A DNA stretch of 64,000 nucleotides from Longimicrobiales bacterium (GTDB lineage: Bacteria > Gemmatimonadota > Gemmatimonadetes > Longimicrobiales > Gaopeijiaceae): the NCBI GenBank assembly GCA_965202985.1, contig CBDBCF010000001.1, positions 1,472,001 to 1,536,000 of the forward strand. Direction: 5' to 3'. Positions 30,310-40,343 of this stretch are shown piece after piece; position 1 is the first letter of the stretch; each line of letters begins with the position of its first letter. Below the pieces are notes generated by a model, which saw nothing but the letters and a program-made list of their open reading frames with translations, was not told where the DNA came from and ran no database searches. The position numbers and the translations under genes were made by a program.

Positions 30310-31776
30310 TCAGGGAGAAGGCGGGTCGTCGCGGTAGACTTGGCCGCCCTTCATGACCCAGTGCACGCGCTCCAGGAGCGCGATCTCCTCCAAGGGGTTT
30401 CCGGGGACCGCGATCACGTCGGCGTACTTGCCGGGTTCCAGCGAGCCGACTTGGTCTTCCCAGCCCATGATCGCGGCCGACACGCTGGTGGCGGAAACGA
30501 TGGCGTCCATTTCGCTCTCGCCGAGCTCCACGCGCACCTGGAACTCGCGCGCGTTGTGGCCGTGGGGGAAGACGCCGGCGTCGGTGCCGAAGCCGATCCG
30601 CAAGCCCGCGGCCAGCGCTCGGCGGAAGGAAGCGCCGCGGTGGCGCATCATCTGGGTGGAGCGCTCGATCTGGGCCGGCGGGACCCCCAGCGCCGCCCCG
30701 TCGCGGGGAACGATCACGCCCACGTACAGGGTGGGCACGTAGTAGGCGAAGTCGCTTTCCTGCAGCATGCGCACTGCTTCGTCGTCCAGCATGGAGCCGT
30801 GGTCGATCGTGCGGACGCCGGCTCGGAGCGCGGCCTTGATGCCCTCGGTTCCGTGGGCGTGGGCGGCCACGAATCGGCCCCACCGCGTGGCTTCCTCGAC
30901 CGCCGTGGCGAGTTCGGCGTCGGAGTACTGCTGAGCGCCCGGGGGCACGCCCTGCGACAGGACGGCGCCCGTGGCCAGGATCTTGGCGAAGTCGGCACCG
31001 TGCTTGAAGTTGGTGCGCACGGCGGCGCGCACCTGATCCACGCCGTCCGCCAAGTTCCGCACCGTGGGAACGTCCACGTAGATGGAGAACTGGCGGGCGT
31101 CTCCCGCGCCCCCGGTGGCCGAGACGTAGTTGCCCGCCACCTGCATTCGGGGGCCGGGCAGGACGCCCGCGGCGATCAGGTCGCGCAGGTCCACGTCGGT
31201 GTACGGCCAAGTCGGCCCCATGTCCCGCACGGTGGTGAAGCCGGCTCGGAGCGTGACGAGGGCGTTCGCCGCGCCGTGGAGCGCAGCCCGCGCCGGCGTG
31301 GTCGCGACCAGCACGTCCTCCCAGTGAAGCCCCACCGAGTCGGTCAGGTGCGTGTGCAGGTCGATCAGGCCAGGCAGGATAGTGGCGTCGCCCAGGTCCA
31401 CGACGGCGTCCGCTTGGGCGCCCGTCGCCTCCGTTCCCACGGCGACGATGCGATCTCCCTGCACCAGCACGACGCCTGGTTCGAGCAGCGTGCCCTTGCC
31501 GTCCAGCAGACGCGCCGCCCGGACGAGGGTGCTGCTCTGCGACGTGGCGGACGTCTGGGCTGCGCCGCCCGGCAGCCCGTCGGCAAGGCCGGCAGGGCCG
31601 GTCCGCGCGGACAGCGGAGCAGCGACGAACGCCGCGGTCAGCGCGCAGCACGCGACCCGGGCCAAGCAAGACGGCTTCGCTCCGGCGCGGCGACGCCCCG
31701 ATCGGCCGCGCCCCTGCGCCACCGTGCGCTTTCCCGTCCCTGCGTGTTGCGACCTCGTCGCGGTCGGACTACGCAA
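30310..31776 (-). CDS. Exported amidohydrolase (Xaa-Pro dipeptidase-like)
   Basis: PGLIDLHTH, GFTTVRD, AHAHG, IDHG, GTDAG, GKYAD; hydrophobic N-terminal signal; start uncertain. Confidence 0.88.
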   Translation of the reverse strand: MRSPTATRSQHAGTGKRTVAQGRGRSGRRRAGAKPSCLARVACCALTAAFVAAPLSARTGPAGLADGLPGGAAQTSATSQSSTLVRAARLLDGKGTLLEPGVVLVQGDRIVAVGTEATGAQADAVVDLGDATILPGLIDLHTHLTDSVGLHWEDVLVATTPARAALHGAANALVTLRAGFTTVRDMGPTWPYTDVDLRDLIAAGVLPGPRMQVAGNYVSATGGAGDARQFSIYVDVPTVRNLADGVDQVRAAVRTNFKHGADFAKILATGAVLSQGVPPGAQQYSDAELATAVEEATRWGRFVAAHAHGTEGIKAALRAGVRTIDHGSMLDDEAVRMLQESDFAYYVPTLYVGVIVPRDGAALGVPPAQIERSTQMMRHRGASFRRALAAGLRIGFGTDAGVFPHGHNAREFQVRVELGESEMDAIVSATSVSAAIMGWEDQVGSLEPGKYADVIAVPGNPLEEIALLERVHWVMKGGQVYRDDPPSP

Positions 31777-33130
31777 GGATCGCCGCCGGTTCTTCCAGGA
31801 ACGCCTTCAGCGTGGCCAGGAAGGCGGCGCCCTCGGCCCCGTCTATGACGCGGTGGTCGCAACTCATGGTCATGCGCATTCGGGGTCGGACCACGACCTG
31901 CCCGTCCCGCGCCACGGGCCGCTCCTCGGCGGCGCCCACCGCCAAGATGCCAGCCTCGGGCGGGTTGATGACCGCCGTGAATTCTTCTATCCCGAACATG
32001 CCCAAGTTCGAGATGGAGAACGTGGAGCCCGTGTACTCTTCGGGCCGGAGCTTCTTTTCGCGGGCGCGCGCCGCCATCTCGCGGACTTCGGCGCCGATGC
32101 GGCCCAAGCCCTTCGCGTGGGCGTCGCGGACCACGGGCGTGACCAGCCCGTCGGGCACCGCCACGGCCACGCCCATGTGCACCCGGTGGAAGCGGCGCAC
32201 CGAGTCGCCCTGCCACCATGCGTTGCAGGCGGGGTGGCGAACCAGGGCGGCCGCCGCGGCCTTGAGCACCAAGTCGTTCAGCGAGGCCTTCCCTTCTTGG
32301 CGCTCGGCCAGGAGTTCGTTGACGCGCGCTCGGGCGGCCAGGGCCCGCTTCATGTCCACGTCCACCGTCAGGAAGAAGTGGGGAACGGGACCCAACGACT
32401 CCACCAAGCGACGCGCCACCGTCTTCCGCATCTGCGACAGGGGCACGTCGGTGAAGTCGGGGCCGGCGTCGGGCGGGACCGGCGGCAGGCCGGGGGCCGG
32501 GATCGGCGCGGCGGGAGCGGCCAGCGGGCGACCGCCTTCCGCGAGAGTCCGAATCGCGGCCTCCACGTCGCGCTTGACGACACGGCCGCCCGGCCCCGAC
32601 CCGGCCACGGCGCCGATGTCCAGGTCGCTTTCCGCGGCCAAGCGCCGGGCCACCGGGGACGCCTTGACGCGCCCCGGGGACGCGGCCGGCGACTCTGGTT
32701 GCGGATCGGCGGGCGGCGCGTCCGGGACCTGGGCACCAACCGGCTGGGCGACCGCCGCCTGCGTGCAGGTCGACTGGGCGGGGCCAGTTGGGGCGGCGGC
32801 GACCTGGGCATCGGCGGTCCCGGCATCGGCCGCCCGCGCCCCGGCCGCCTCGGGCTTTGCCGCGGCCGCTTCCAGCGCCGAGACGTCTTCGTCCGGCTCC
32901 GCGACCACGCCGATCACTTCGCCGACGGGCGCCACCGCTCCTTCGCCCGCGAACACGCGACGGAGCACGCCTTCGCCTCGGGCCACAAGCTCCATCGTGG
33001 CCTTGTCGGTCTCGATCTCGGCCAGCACGTCGCCTTCGGCCACGGTGTCGCCCTCGGCTTTGAGCCACTTCACGACCTGGCCCTCTTCCATTGTCGGCGA
33101 CAGGGCTTCCATGTAGACCTTGGTCGCCAT
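31769..33130 (-). CDS. pdhC: Pyruvate dehydrogenase E2 dihydrolipoamide acetyltransferase
   Basis: Lipoyl domain ETDKA, ASPVARRLA..GSGPGGRV, DHRVIDG. Confidence 0.95.
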   Translation of the reverse strand: MATKVYMEALSPTMEEGQVVKWLKAEGDTVAEGDVLAEIETDKATMELVARGEGVLRRVFAGEGAVAPVGEVIGVVAEPDEDVSALEAAAAKPEAAGARAADAGTADAQVAAAPTGPAQSTCTQAAVAQPVGAQVPDAPPADPQPESPAASPGRVKASPVARRLAAESDLDIGAVAGSGPGGRVVKRDVEAAIRTLAEGGRPLAAPAAPIPAPGLPPVPPDAGPDFTDVPLSQMRKTVARRLVESLGPVPHFFLTVDVDMKRALAARARVNELLAERQEGKASLNDLVLKAAAAALVRHPACNAWWQGDSVRRFHRVHMGVAVAVPDGLVTPVVRDAHAKGLGRIGAEVREMAARAREKKLRPEEYTGSTFSISNLGMFGIEEFTAVINPPEAGILAVGAAEERPVARDGQVVVRPRMRMTMSCDHRVIDGAEGAAFLATLKAFLEEPAAILA

Positions 33131-33134
33131 CGCG

Positions 33135-34124
33135 CTACGCCCCGCCGTTCTGGTACAGGACCTGGTTGCAGGCGGCCACGACCCGGGCCGCGTCCGGCTT
33201 GGCGATCGCCTCCAGGTTCTTGGCGTAGGGCATCGGCACGTCCGCCTGGGTCACGCGCACGACCGGCGCGTCCAAGTGGTCGAAGGCTTCGTCCTGGATC
33301 ATGGCTGCGATCTGGGCGCCGACCCCGGCGAACGGCCATCCCTCTTCCACGTAGACCACCCGGTTGGTCTTGGCCACCGTGTCCAAGATCGCGTCCGCGT
33401 CCAGGGGGCGAACCGACCGCAGGTCGAGCACCTCCGCTTCGACACCCTCGCGGGCCAGCTTGGCCGCGGCCTGCAGCGCCACATGCACCATCTTGCCGTG
33501 CGTGACGATGCTCACGTCGTCGCCGGGCCTCTTCACGTCCGCCACGCCCAAGGGCACCACATGCTCTCCGTCCGGCACTTCACCCTTCACGTTGTAGAGG
33601 AGTTCTCCCTCCATGACGGCGACCGGATCGTCGTCTCGGATGGCGGCGGCCAACAGCCCCTTGGCGTCGGCAGGGGTGGCGGGGGTGGCCAGCTTCACTC
33701 CGGGGGCATGCACGTAGTAGGTCTCGCAGGCCTGCGAGTGCTGGGCGGACAGCTGCAGCGCCGCGCCCGTAGGGCCGCGAAAGACGATCGGCACGGGGAC
33801 TTGGCCGTTCGTCGTGTACAGCATCTTAGCGGCGCTGTTGATCACCTGGTCCAACGCCAGGATCGAGAAGTTGAAGGTCATGAACTCGCAAATCGGCCGC
33901 AGGCCCGCCATTGCGGCCCCCACGCACAGCCCGGCGAAGCCCAGTTCGCTGATCGGCGAGTCCACCACGCGACGGTCTCCGAAGCGCTCCAGCATTCCCC
34001 TCGACACCTTGTAGGCGCCGTCGTACTCGGCCACCTCTTCGCCCATCAGAAAGACCGAGTCGTCCCGCTCCATCTCCTGCACCATGGCGGCGTTCAGAGC
34101 TTCGCGATAGGTCATTTCAGCCAT
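33135..34124 (-). CDS. pdhB: Pyruvate dehydrogenase E1 beta
   Basis: GEEVAEYDGAYKVSRG, DSPISE, AQHSQ, DVPMPYA. Confidence 0.95.
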   Translation of the reverse strand: MAEMTYREALNAAMVQEMERDDSVFLMGEEVAEYDGAYKVSRGMLERFGDRRVVDSPISELGFAGLCVGAAMAGLRPICEFMTFNFSILALDQVINSAAKMLYTTNGQVPVPIVFRGPTGAALQLSAQHSQACETYYVHAPGVKLATPATPADAKGLLAAAIRDDDPVAVMEGELLYNVKGEVPDGEHVVPLGVADVKRPGDDVSIVTHGKMVHVALQAAAKLAREGVEAEVLDLRSVRPLDADAILDTVAKTNRVVYVEEGWPFAGVGAQIAAMIQDEAFDHLDAPVVRVTQADVPMPYAKNLEAIAKPDAARVVAACNQVLYQNGGA

Positions 34125-35274
34125 GGTCGCGCCCGTCGGTGCCGCCGCGTCCACGCCCGTCCAGGAACAGCCGCCCGTGCGAGTTGATCTCCGCGTAGAC
34201 GTGGTCGTACAGGGTGTCGGGCGACGGTCGGGGCGACGCATCTGCAAAGTCCGCGGCGTCCTGCACCTGGGCCCGCACTTCCTTGTCCATGGCCTCCAGC
34301 TCCGCCTGGTCGAGCAGGTCGGCCCGCAACAGCCGGTCGCGCAGCACGACGATGGGGTCGCGCTCCTTGATCTGCCTGTCCACTTCTTCCTTCGGGCGGT
34401 AGGTGCCCGAGACCGGGTCCGACATGGAGTGGCCGCGAAAACGATAGGTGACAGCGTTCACGAATTGGGGTCCGGCGCCGTCCCGCACCTTGTCCGCCAG
34501 ACCGGCGAAGAAGTTGTGCACGGCCAGCACGTCTTGGCCGTCCACGGTATGCGCGGGGACGCCCAGGCCGCCGGACCGTTCCTCCATCTCCGTGACCGAC
34601 ACGCGCGAGAAGGCGGTCCCCATGCCGTAGCCGTTGTTCTCCACCACGTAGATCACAGGCAAGCGCCACACTGCCGACATGTTCAGCGACTCCAGGAACG
34701 CCCCTTGGTTGACCGCGGCGTCGCCCATGAAGCACACGCAGACTTGGTCGCCGCCCCGGTAGCGGATCGCCCAAGCCAGTCCGGCACCCAGCGGGATCTG
34801 GCCGCCCACGATCCCGTGGCCGCCCATGAACCCCACCTTCGTGTCGAACAGGTGCATGGAGCCGCCCCGGCCTCCGCAGCAGCCGTCCACCCGTCCGTAC
34901 AGCTCGGCCATGACCCGACGAGGCTCGATCCCCTTGGCAATCGCCTGGGTGTGCTCTCGGTAGGCGGTGATCACCACATCGTCCCGGCGCAACGGCTTGA
35001 TCGCGCCCGCCGCCAGCGCTTCCTGGCCAATGTGGATATGGCAGAAGCCGCCTATCTTGCCGATCTTGTACGCCGTCTCGGCTTCCTCTTCGAAGCGACG
35101 GTAGAGCAGCATGTCGCGAAGAAGCGCACGAAGTTCGTCGGGCGAAAAGCCTTCGATGCCGGTGTCGTTCGGGCCCGGTGCCGAGGCTCCTAGGGAGGTT
35201 TCCGGGTCGGCCTCTGTGGCTGGCTCCGACGCCCCCTTGGCCGGCACCGGGGGCGCCTCTACTGCAGTTGCCAT
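34117..35274 (-). CDS. pdhA: Pyruvate dehydrogenase E1 alpha
   Basis: GFCHIHIGQEA, GGSMH, GDAAVNQG..N, YRFRGHSMSDP. Confidence 0.95.
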   Translation of the reverse strand: MATAVEAPPVPAKGASEPATEADPETSLGASAPGPNDTGIEGFSPDELRALLRDMLLYRRFEEEAETAYKIGKIGGFCHIHIGQEALAAGAIKPLRRDDVVITAYREHTQAIAKGIEPRRVMAELYGRVDGCCGGRGGSMHLFDTKVGFMGGHGIVGGQIPLGAGLAWAIRYRGGDQVCVCFMGDAAVNQGAFLESLNMSAVWRLPVIYVVENNGYGMGTAFSRVSVTEMEERSGGLGVPAHTVDGQDVLAVHNFFAGLADKVRDGAGPQFVNAVTYRFRGHSMSDPVSGTYRPKEEVDRQIKERDPIVVLRDRLLRADLLDQAELEAMDKEVRAQVQDAADFADASPRPSPDTLYDHVYAEINSHGRLFLDGRGRGGTDGRDHG

Positions 35275-35280
35275 CTCGTG

Positions 35281-36498
35281 TCAGCCTCCTTGCGTTGCCG
35301 TCCGCAGCGCCGCGGGCGGGGACCCGCAGGCGCCGAGCGCCTTCGCTGCCGCGCCCCCGAAGCCCAGCACCTCCGCCGGCGCCGGAACGTCCGCTTCCAC
35401 GACTTCGCGGATCGCGCCGGGACCGCCCGCGTCCACCTCGCGCGCCTGTTCCTTTGCGTGGTAGCTGGACCGCACGAGCGGCCCCGACTCCACGTGCCGG
35501 AACCCGTATTCGCCCTCGCCCACGCGCTTCCACTCTTGGAACTCGTCCGGCGTGACCCAGCGCGCCACGGGGATGTGCTGCTTCGAGGGTCTGAGATACT
35601 GGCCCAGCGTGAGAATGTCCACCGCCGCTTCGCGAAGGTCCGCCATGGCCTGGCGTATCTCGTCCTCGCGCTCGCCCATGCCCAGGATGATCCCCGTCTT
35701 GGTGAGCGTTCCGGGATCGATGCACTTGGCCGCACCCAAGTACGAAATGGAGCGCCAATAACGTCCGCCGGGGCGCACCTCGGGGTGAAGCCGCGCCACG
35801 GTCTCCAGGTTGTGGCCCAGGATCGCAGGTCTCGCCTCCATGACCGTTCGCAGCGAGGCCTCGTCGCCCTTGAAGTCCGGGATCAGCACCTCCACCGAGC
35901 ACTCCGGCAGCCGGCGTCGCACCTCGCGTATCGTGGCGGCGTAGATACCCGCGCCGCCGTCGGGCAGTTCGTCCCGGTTGACGGAGGTGATCACCACGTG
36001 GTCCAGCGCCATGGCGGCGATCGTGTCGGCCACGCGCCGGGGCTCGTCCAGGTCCAGCTCGGTGGGCATCCCGTGGGCCACGGCGCAGTACTTGCACGCC
36101 CGCGTGCACACGTCGCCCAGGATCATGAAGGTGGCCGTGCCCGCCTCCCAGCACTCGCCGATGTTCGGGCAGCCGGCCTCTTCGCACACCGTGTGAAGCG
36201 ACCGGCTCCGCATGAGCCGCTGCAGACGCAGGTAGTTGGCGCCGCCCGGCGATCGCACCTTGAGCCAAGAGGGCTTTCGGGACGTGATGGGGATCGTCCC
36301 CACGCCCTCGTGAGCGCGGATTCGGGAACTCCCCTTCGGCTTGACCCGGCCCGTGTCCTTCCCCGCGGGCGCATAGCCGCTCGGCGCGGCGACGGGCAAC
36401 GACTTCACGAGTCCGCGAGACCTCGGTTCAGGCCGGGCGAGCGGGTCGGGCCGGGCGACTGACGGACTCCTGCGTCGGCTCTCGATAGGATCGTCCAA
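35281..36498 (-). CDS. lipA: Lipoyl synthase
   Basis: CEEAGCPNIGEC, CTRACKYC, GPLVRSSYHA; true start probably downstream of 36498. Confidence 0.95.
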   Translation of the reverse strand: MDDPIESRRRSPSVARPDPLARPEPRSRGLVKSLPVAAPSGYAPAGKDTGRVKPKGSSRIRAHEGVGTIPITSRKPSWLKVRSPGGANYLRLQRLMRSRSLHTVCEEAGCPNIGECWEAGTATFMILGDVCTRACKYCAVAHGMPTELDLDEPRRVADTIAAMALDHVVITSVNRDELPDGGAGIYAATIREVRRRLPECSVEVLIPDFKGDEASLRTVMEARPAILGHNLETVARLHPEVRPGGRYWRSISYLGAAKCIDPGTLTKTGIILGMGEREDEIRQAMADLREAAVDILTLGQYLRPSKQHIPVARWVTPDEFQEWKRVGEGEYGFRHVESGPLVRSSYHAKEQAREVDAGGPGAIREVVEADVPAPAEVLGFGGAAAKALGACGSPPAALRTATQGG

Positions 36499-37081
36499 GC
36501 TCCAGATCGGCTTCGGCGTGTCGGTTCATTGGCCGTCGGCAGGTCCCTTGAGGCGCGTGGGCGCCAACGGTGCCAGGCAAGAGGCCGTTGGCGAGGCGGG
36601 TGCGGACGAGCGCGTCCAGCTGGGTGCCGGGGCAGGCGCGGATCGTCCAGCCCTTCTCGACGAGGAAGGCGTCTTCGGGGATGGAGTCGGCGGGAAGGGC
36701 GACGGGGTGGTCACGGCCAAATGACCTTGGCCTTCTGGCCGTAGCCTTCGATGCGGGCGGCGGCGGCGAGGTAGACATCAAGGCGCATGATGCGTACGGG
36801 AGTTTCCAGGTTGCGGGAGAGGTCGTTGCGGACATCGGCGAGGACTTCGGTCTTACCGGAGCGGGCTTCGGCTAGCGCGCGGCTGCTTCTTCGTGCCGGT
36901 GACGATCACGCTTCGATGGGTTCGGGGGTGTGGAACAGAACGGCGGTCGGCAGGTCGGCGTCGGCGTCAAGGGGCTGGCCGGCCCTGCAAGATGGCGCAC
37001 CTTCGGCCGATGTCAAAGGAGCGGTGGCGATGGGCCGCCCCCACCGGCCCGCATCCAAGCATTCGGGTGCCTTGGCGCACG

Positions 37082-37180
37082 TCAACCCGCGACAAATTGG
37101 ATCACGGCCAGACAAGCGACCATGGCGATGAACCCAACCAGAATCAGGTAGACCGGCACCTTGTACCTGAGGAACCTCAT
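37082..37180 (-). CDS. 32-aa hydrophobic peptide, or N-terminus of a decayed gene
   Basis: MRFLRYKVPVYLILVGFIAMVACLAVIQFVAG*, with purine-rich AGGGGA upstream. Confidence 0.35.
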   Translation of the reverse strand: MRFLRYKVPVYLILVGFIAMVACLAVIQFVAG

Positions 37181-37237
37181 GTTGTTTCCCCTGAGTTTGA
37201 GGCGTGGTGAGTCCAGGGCCATCCGGGGTGAGCCCGT

Positions 37238-38308
37238 TCAGTGCGTCGCTAGAATTCGAAGGCCCATGACGCTTTGCCGCCCGAGTTCGTCGCTGACCAC
37301 GCCGTAGTAGATGTTGTTCCTCAAGGCCTTCAGCGTGAAGCCCGATGGGAGCGGCAGGATATCAAGGCTGCCGTCGGCCCGCAACGCTCGCCAGTAGCTG
37401 CCGCCTTCGCCGTCGGGAGACTCGATGCAGAGCACATCGCCCAACTCGCCCAGCACGAGGTCGGTGATCCCGGACCACGAGGGCGGTCCCCGAAGGACGA
37501 TCTCCCGCGGCACCACGGGGCCTTTCTCTTCGCGAAGCGACCTCTCGACAGCCGCCATGTCCCCGTCGTCGATGGGCCGCACTTCAACAGGAACTCGCGT
37601 CCGGCGAACTACTGCGAGGCCTGAATCGCCGGCGGCGTACCACGTCACGTCCCCGGAGTACCCGTCCGCCACTACCAGCGTCGAGTCGCCGCCGAAGGTC
37701 CATGCGCCGCCGTTTCCGAAGGGCGTGGAGGTGACGGAGTAGGGCGCGCCGTCGGAGGCCTCGTACCAGAACGCGGTGCCCGCCCGAACTTGCGCGATGG
37801 TGTCCTGCGACGCGGAGCCGACCCGCGACAGAATCAGCCGGTACCAGGGATCGTACCACTCGCTGTGGGCGTAGCGCGGGACGGTCATCGTGACCGACGA
37901 GCCGTTTCGCAGCTGACGGGTCACTCCCGGCGAGAACGGGTTGGCCTCAACTTGCTCGCTGCCGAGGACGCGACCGGACAAGCTGTACCGGGTGACGCGA
38001 CCGGAGATCAAGTCCCGAGCCGTGACCACCGAGTCCGCATCCATGGATTCAAGGAAGCGAAGTTCGCCGGGTCCATCTCCTTCGCCGCCGATCGAAGCCT
38101 GCAACTTGCCGTCCGAGGAGTAGCAGAATATCCGGAGAAGACCAGCATCGCCCACGCAGATCGACCCGTCTCGGGCGATGCCGACGTGACTTATCCGCTC
38201 AAAGTAGTGCCCGCTTGCGGGGTTGTCGCCGATCGAGACGACTGTCGCCGTTGGAAGCTGTGCGGCCAAGCCGGCGACCGGCATCGCAAGCAGGAGGGCG
38301 ATCGGCAT
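37238..38308 (-). CDS. Exported 6-bladed beta-propeller protein
   Basis: Signal peptide; G..ICVGD, IGGEGDGPGEL, C-terminal DELG. Confidence 0.8.
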   Translation of the reverse strand: MPIALLLAMPVAGLAAQLPTATVVSIGDNPASGHYFERISHVGIARDGSICVGDAGLLRIFCYSSDGKLQASIGGEGDGPGELRFLESMDADSVVTARDLISGRVTRYSLSGRVLGSEQVEANPFSPGVTRQLRNGSSVTMTVPRYAHSEWYDPWYRLILSRVGSASQDTIAQVRAGTAFWYEASDGAPYSVTSTPFGNGGAWTFGGDSTLVVADGYSGDVTWYAAGDSGLAVVRRTRVPVEVRPIDDGDMAAVERSLREEKGPVVPREIVLRGPPSWSGITDLVLGELGDVLCIESPDGEGGSYWRALRADGSLDILPLPSGFTLKALRNNIYYGVVSDELGRQSVMGLRILATH

Positions 38309-39462
38309 CAGTTCAGCCCTCGCACGACGTAACCCAGCCCCAGCCCCAGGTACGTCCCCACGGCGTAGCCCAGCAGCCCCACCGCCATCCCCGGCAGCGC
38401 CAGGTGGCGCCACTCCCGCGAGATCGCCACGGCGAGGGCGCTGGCCGGCCCGCCCACCGACGCCTGGGACGCCACGGCAATCGACCCCAGGTCCAGGCGC
38501 AGAAGCTTGCCGACGCCGAACACGACGACGCCGTGCACGCCGACCACGATCAGCGTGAAGAAGAGGACTTCGAGCCCTACGGCGGCGATCTCCGAGAAGC
38601 GCGACAGCACGCCGATCAGCACGAAGAAGAAGTGAAGGCCGACCGCACCGAGCTGCATCGCTCCCGGAGCTTGTCGGAAGAGGGGCGTGTGGCCCAGCAC
38701 CAGCGCCATGGTGGTGAGCCACAAGATTGCGGGAACGTCGGGGAACAGCTCGCCAAGCTGCTCCGACGCCAGCACCAGGGCCAGTCCGACGGCCAAGAGG
38801 GCGGCAACTCGGGCTGCCGACAGCCCCTCCGACGCGAAGTATGGATGATGCGCGTGTCGGTTGACCGGGGCGGCGGGGTCGCTGGGCGGCGGCTCCGAGC
38901 GATCCGATGGGGGCGTCGTCGGATAGAAGCGCCGCAGCCAGATCGGCAGCACGAGGGTGGCCGCCAGCCACAGCCCGGTGACCACGTTATCGGCGGCCAT
39001 GGCACCGGCGTAGAGGGGGCCCGAGAGGTCCACGGCTCGTCCCACCGAGACGAAGTTGAGGGAGCCGCCGGAGTAGGTGCCCGTCATGGCGGCGGCCAGT
39101 CGCCAGGTGTCTTCGTCGAAGCGCGCTTGGTAGAGGACGGCAGCGACGAACGCGCCCAGGACCGTGCTGGCCAGGGCCAAGCCGAACGCGCCGGTCATCC
39201 GCCGCCCCGCCTTCTTGACGTCGCCCAGGTTCACCGACAGCAGGAGCCAGGCGATCGACAGCGAGGTCACCGGCCCGATCACGGCGTCGTAGACGGGCGA
39301 GGAGGCGGGGACCACTCCGGTGTTCGACAAAGCGGCGCCGAGGGCGATCGCCAGGAGCGACGCGCCCACCTTGCCCAACAAGGCGAAACGACGGTCCAGC
39401 CAGAACGCCAGGGCGGCGGCGCCCGCCACGACGGCGGACAGGGCCAGGGGCGACTCGATCAT
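38308..39462 (-). CDS. DUF819 family membrane protein
   Basis: GTYSGGSLNF, AADN, VASQASVGGP..A, GLLGYAVGTYLG. Confidence 0.88.
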   Translation of the reverse strand: MIESPLALSAVVAGAAALAFWLDRRFALLGKVGASLLAIALGAALSNTGVVPASSPVYDAVIGPVTSLSIAWLLLSVNLGDVKKAGRRMTGAFGLALASTVLGAFVAAVLYQARFDEDTWRLAAAMTGTYSGGSLNFVSVGRAVDLSGPLYAGAMAADNVVTGLWLAATLVLPIWLRRFYPTTPPSDRSEPPPSDPAAPVNRHAHHPYFASEGLSAARVAALLAVGLALVLASEQLGELFPDVPAILWLTTMALVLGHTPLFRQAPGAMQLGAVGLHFFFVLIGVLSRFSEIAAVGLEVLFFTLIVVGVHGVVVFGVGKLLRLDLGSIAVASQASVGGPASALAVAISREWRHLALPGMAVGLLGYAVGTYLGLGLGYVVRGLN

Positions 39463-40343
39463 CGACCGTTCAGGTAAGCGCGGGCCTCCGCCAGCAGGGC
39501 TGGCAGCAGGTCGGGATGGCCGGCCTCTGGGCTCGTGTACTCGGTCAGCCCGGAGCGCAGTTCTTCATCGTAAGCGTCGACGAAGGTTCGGTAGTGGGCC
39601 GCTGCCGTTGCCGAGTCGCCCAGCAGGAGCGCGCCACTGGCGGCGGCGGCCAGGCACAGCAGGTGCGTGGGGCGAACCGCCAGGCCGGCTTCTGCGATCG
39701 CCAGCGCTTGGGCGCCGTCGCCGGCCGCGGCGTGGAGCAGAGAGAGGTGGAAGCGATCGTCCAGCGACAGCGCGCCGATGCGGTCGTACGACGCCAGGGC
39801 CATGGGAAGGAACCGTTCGGCCTCGGCGGCGTTGCCCGCTTCCACGGCGGTCATGACGCGGTTGAAGAGCCGCTCGGCCGCTTCCCGGGGCGTCATCGAC
39901 GACAGGTCCACTGCGGAAGTCGGCCCCAGCGGCGCTTGCTGCCCGGCGGGCGGGGGCAAGCTGCCGTTCCCTTCCGCCCCGCCATCCCGAAGCACCAACA
40001 CCAGAACAAGCGCCAACAAGCCTGCGCCCGCGACTCCGGCGACCGCCCACGGAGCCTTCGCGTTCCAGCCGGACGGTGCGGGGGCGCTTGTTCCCGCGGA
40101 CGGCCGCCCCGGCAACTCGGCGCCGCACCTTGTGCAGAAGCGGTCGGCGCCGCCCGACGGCGCGCCGCATTGCAGGCAATCGGGACCGCGCACCGCGCCG
40201 CCGCACGCCGGGCAGAAGTTGGCGTCGGTCGGCGTGCCGGCGCCACAGTGCGGACAGTCGAGCGCGGCGGCTTCCGCGCCCGAGGCTTGCGAGTCCGCGC
40301 CCAAGACGCCGTCGGCTCTCGGGGCGTCCTGGTCCGCGCTCAT
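39459..40343 (-). CDS. Double zinc-ribbon membrane-anchored protein with TPR-like C-terminus
   Basis: CPHCG..FCPACG..CLQCG..FCTRCG, one TM segment, helical C-terminus. Confidence 0.75.
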   Translation of the reverse strand: MSADQDAPRADGVLGADSQASGAEAAALDCPHCGAGTPTDANFCPACGGAVRGPDCLQCGAPSGGADRFCTRCGAELPGRPSAGTSAPAPSGWNAKAPWAVAGVAGAGLLALVLVLVLRDGGAEGNGSLPPPAGQQAPLGPTSAVDLSSMTPREAAERLFNRVMTAVEAGNAAEAERFLPMALASYDRIGALSLDDRFHLSLLHAAAGDGAQALAIAEAGLAVRPTHLLCLAAAASGALLLGDSATAAAHYRTFVDAYDEELRSGLTEYTSPEAGHPDLLPALLAEARAYLNGR

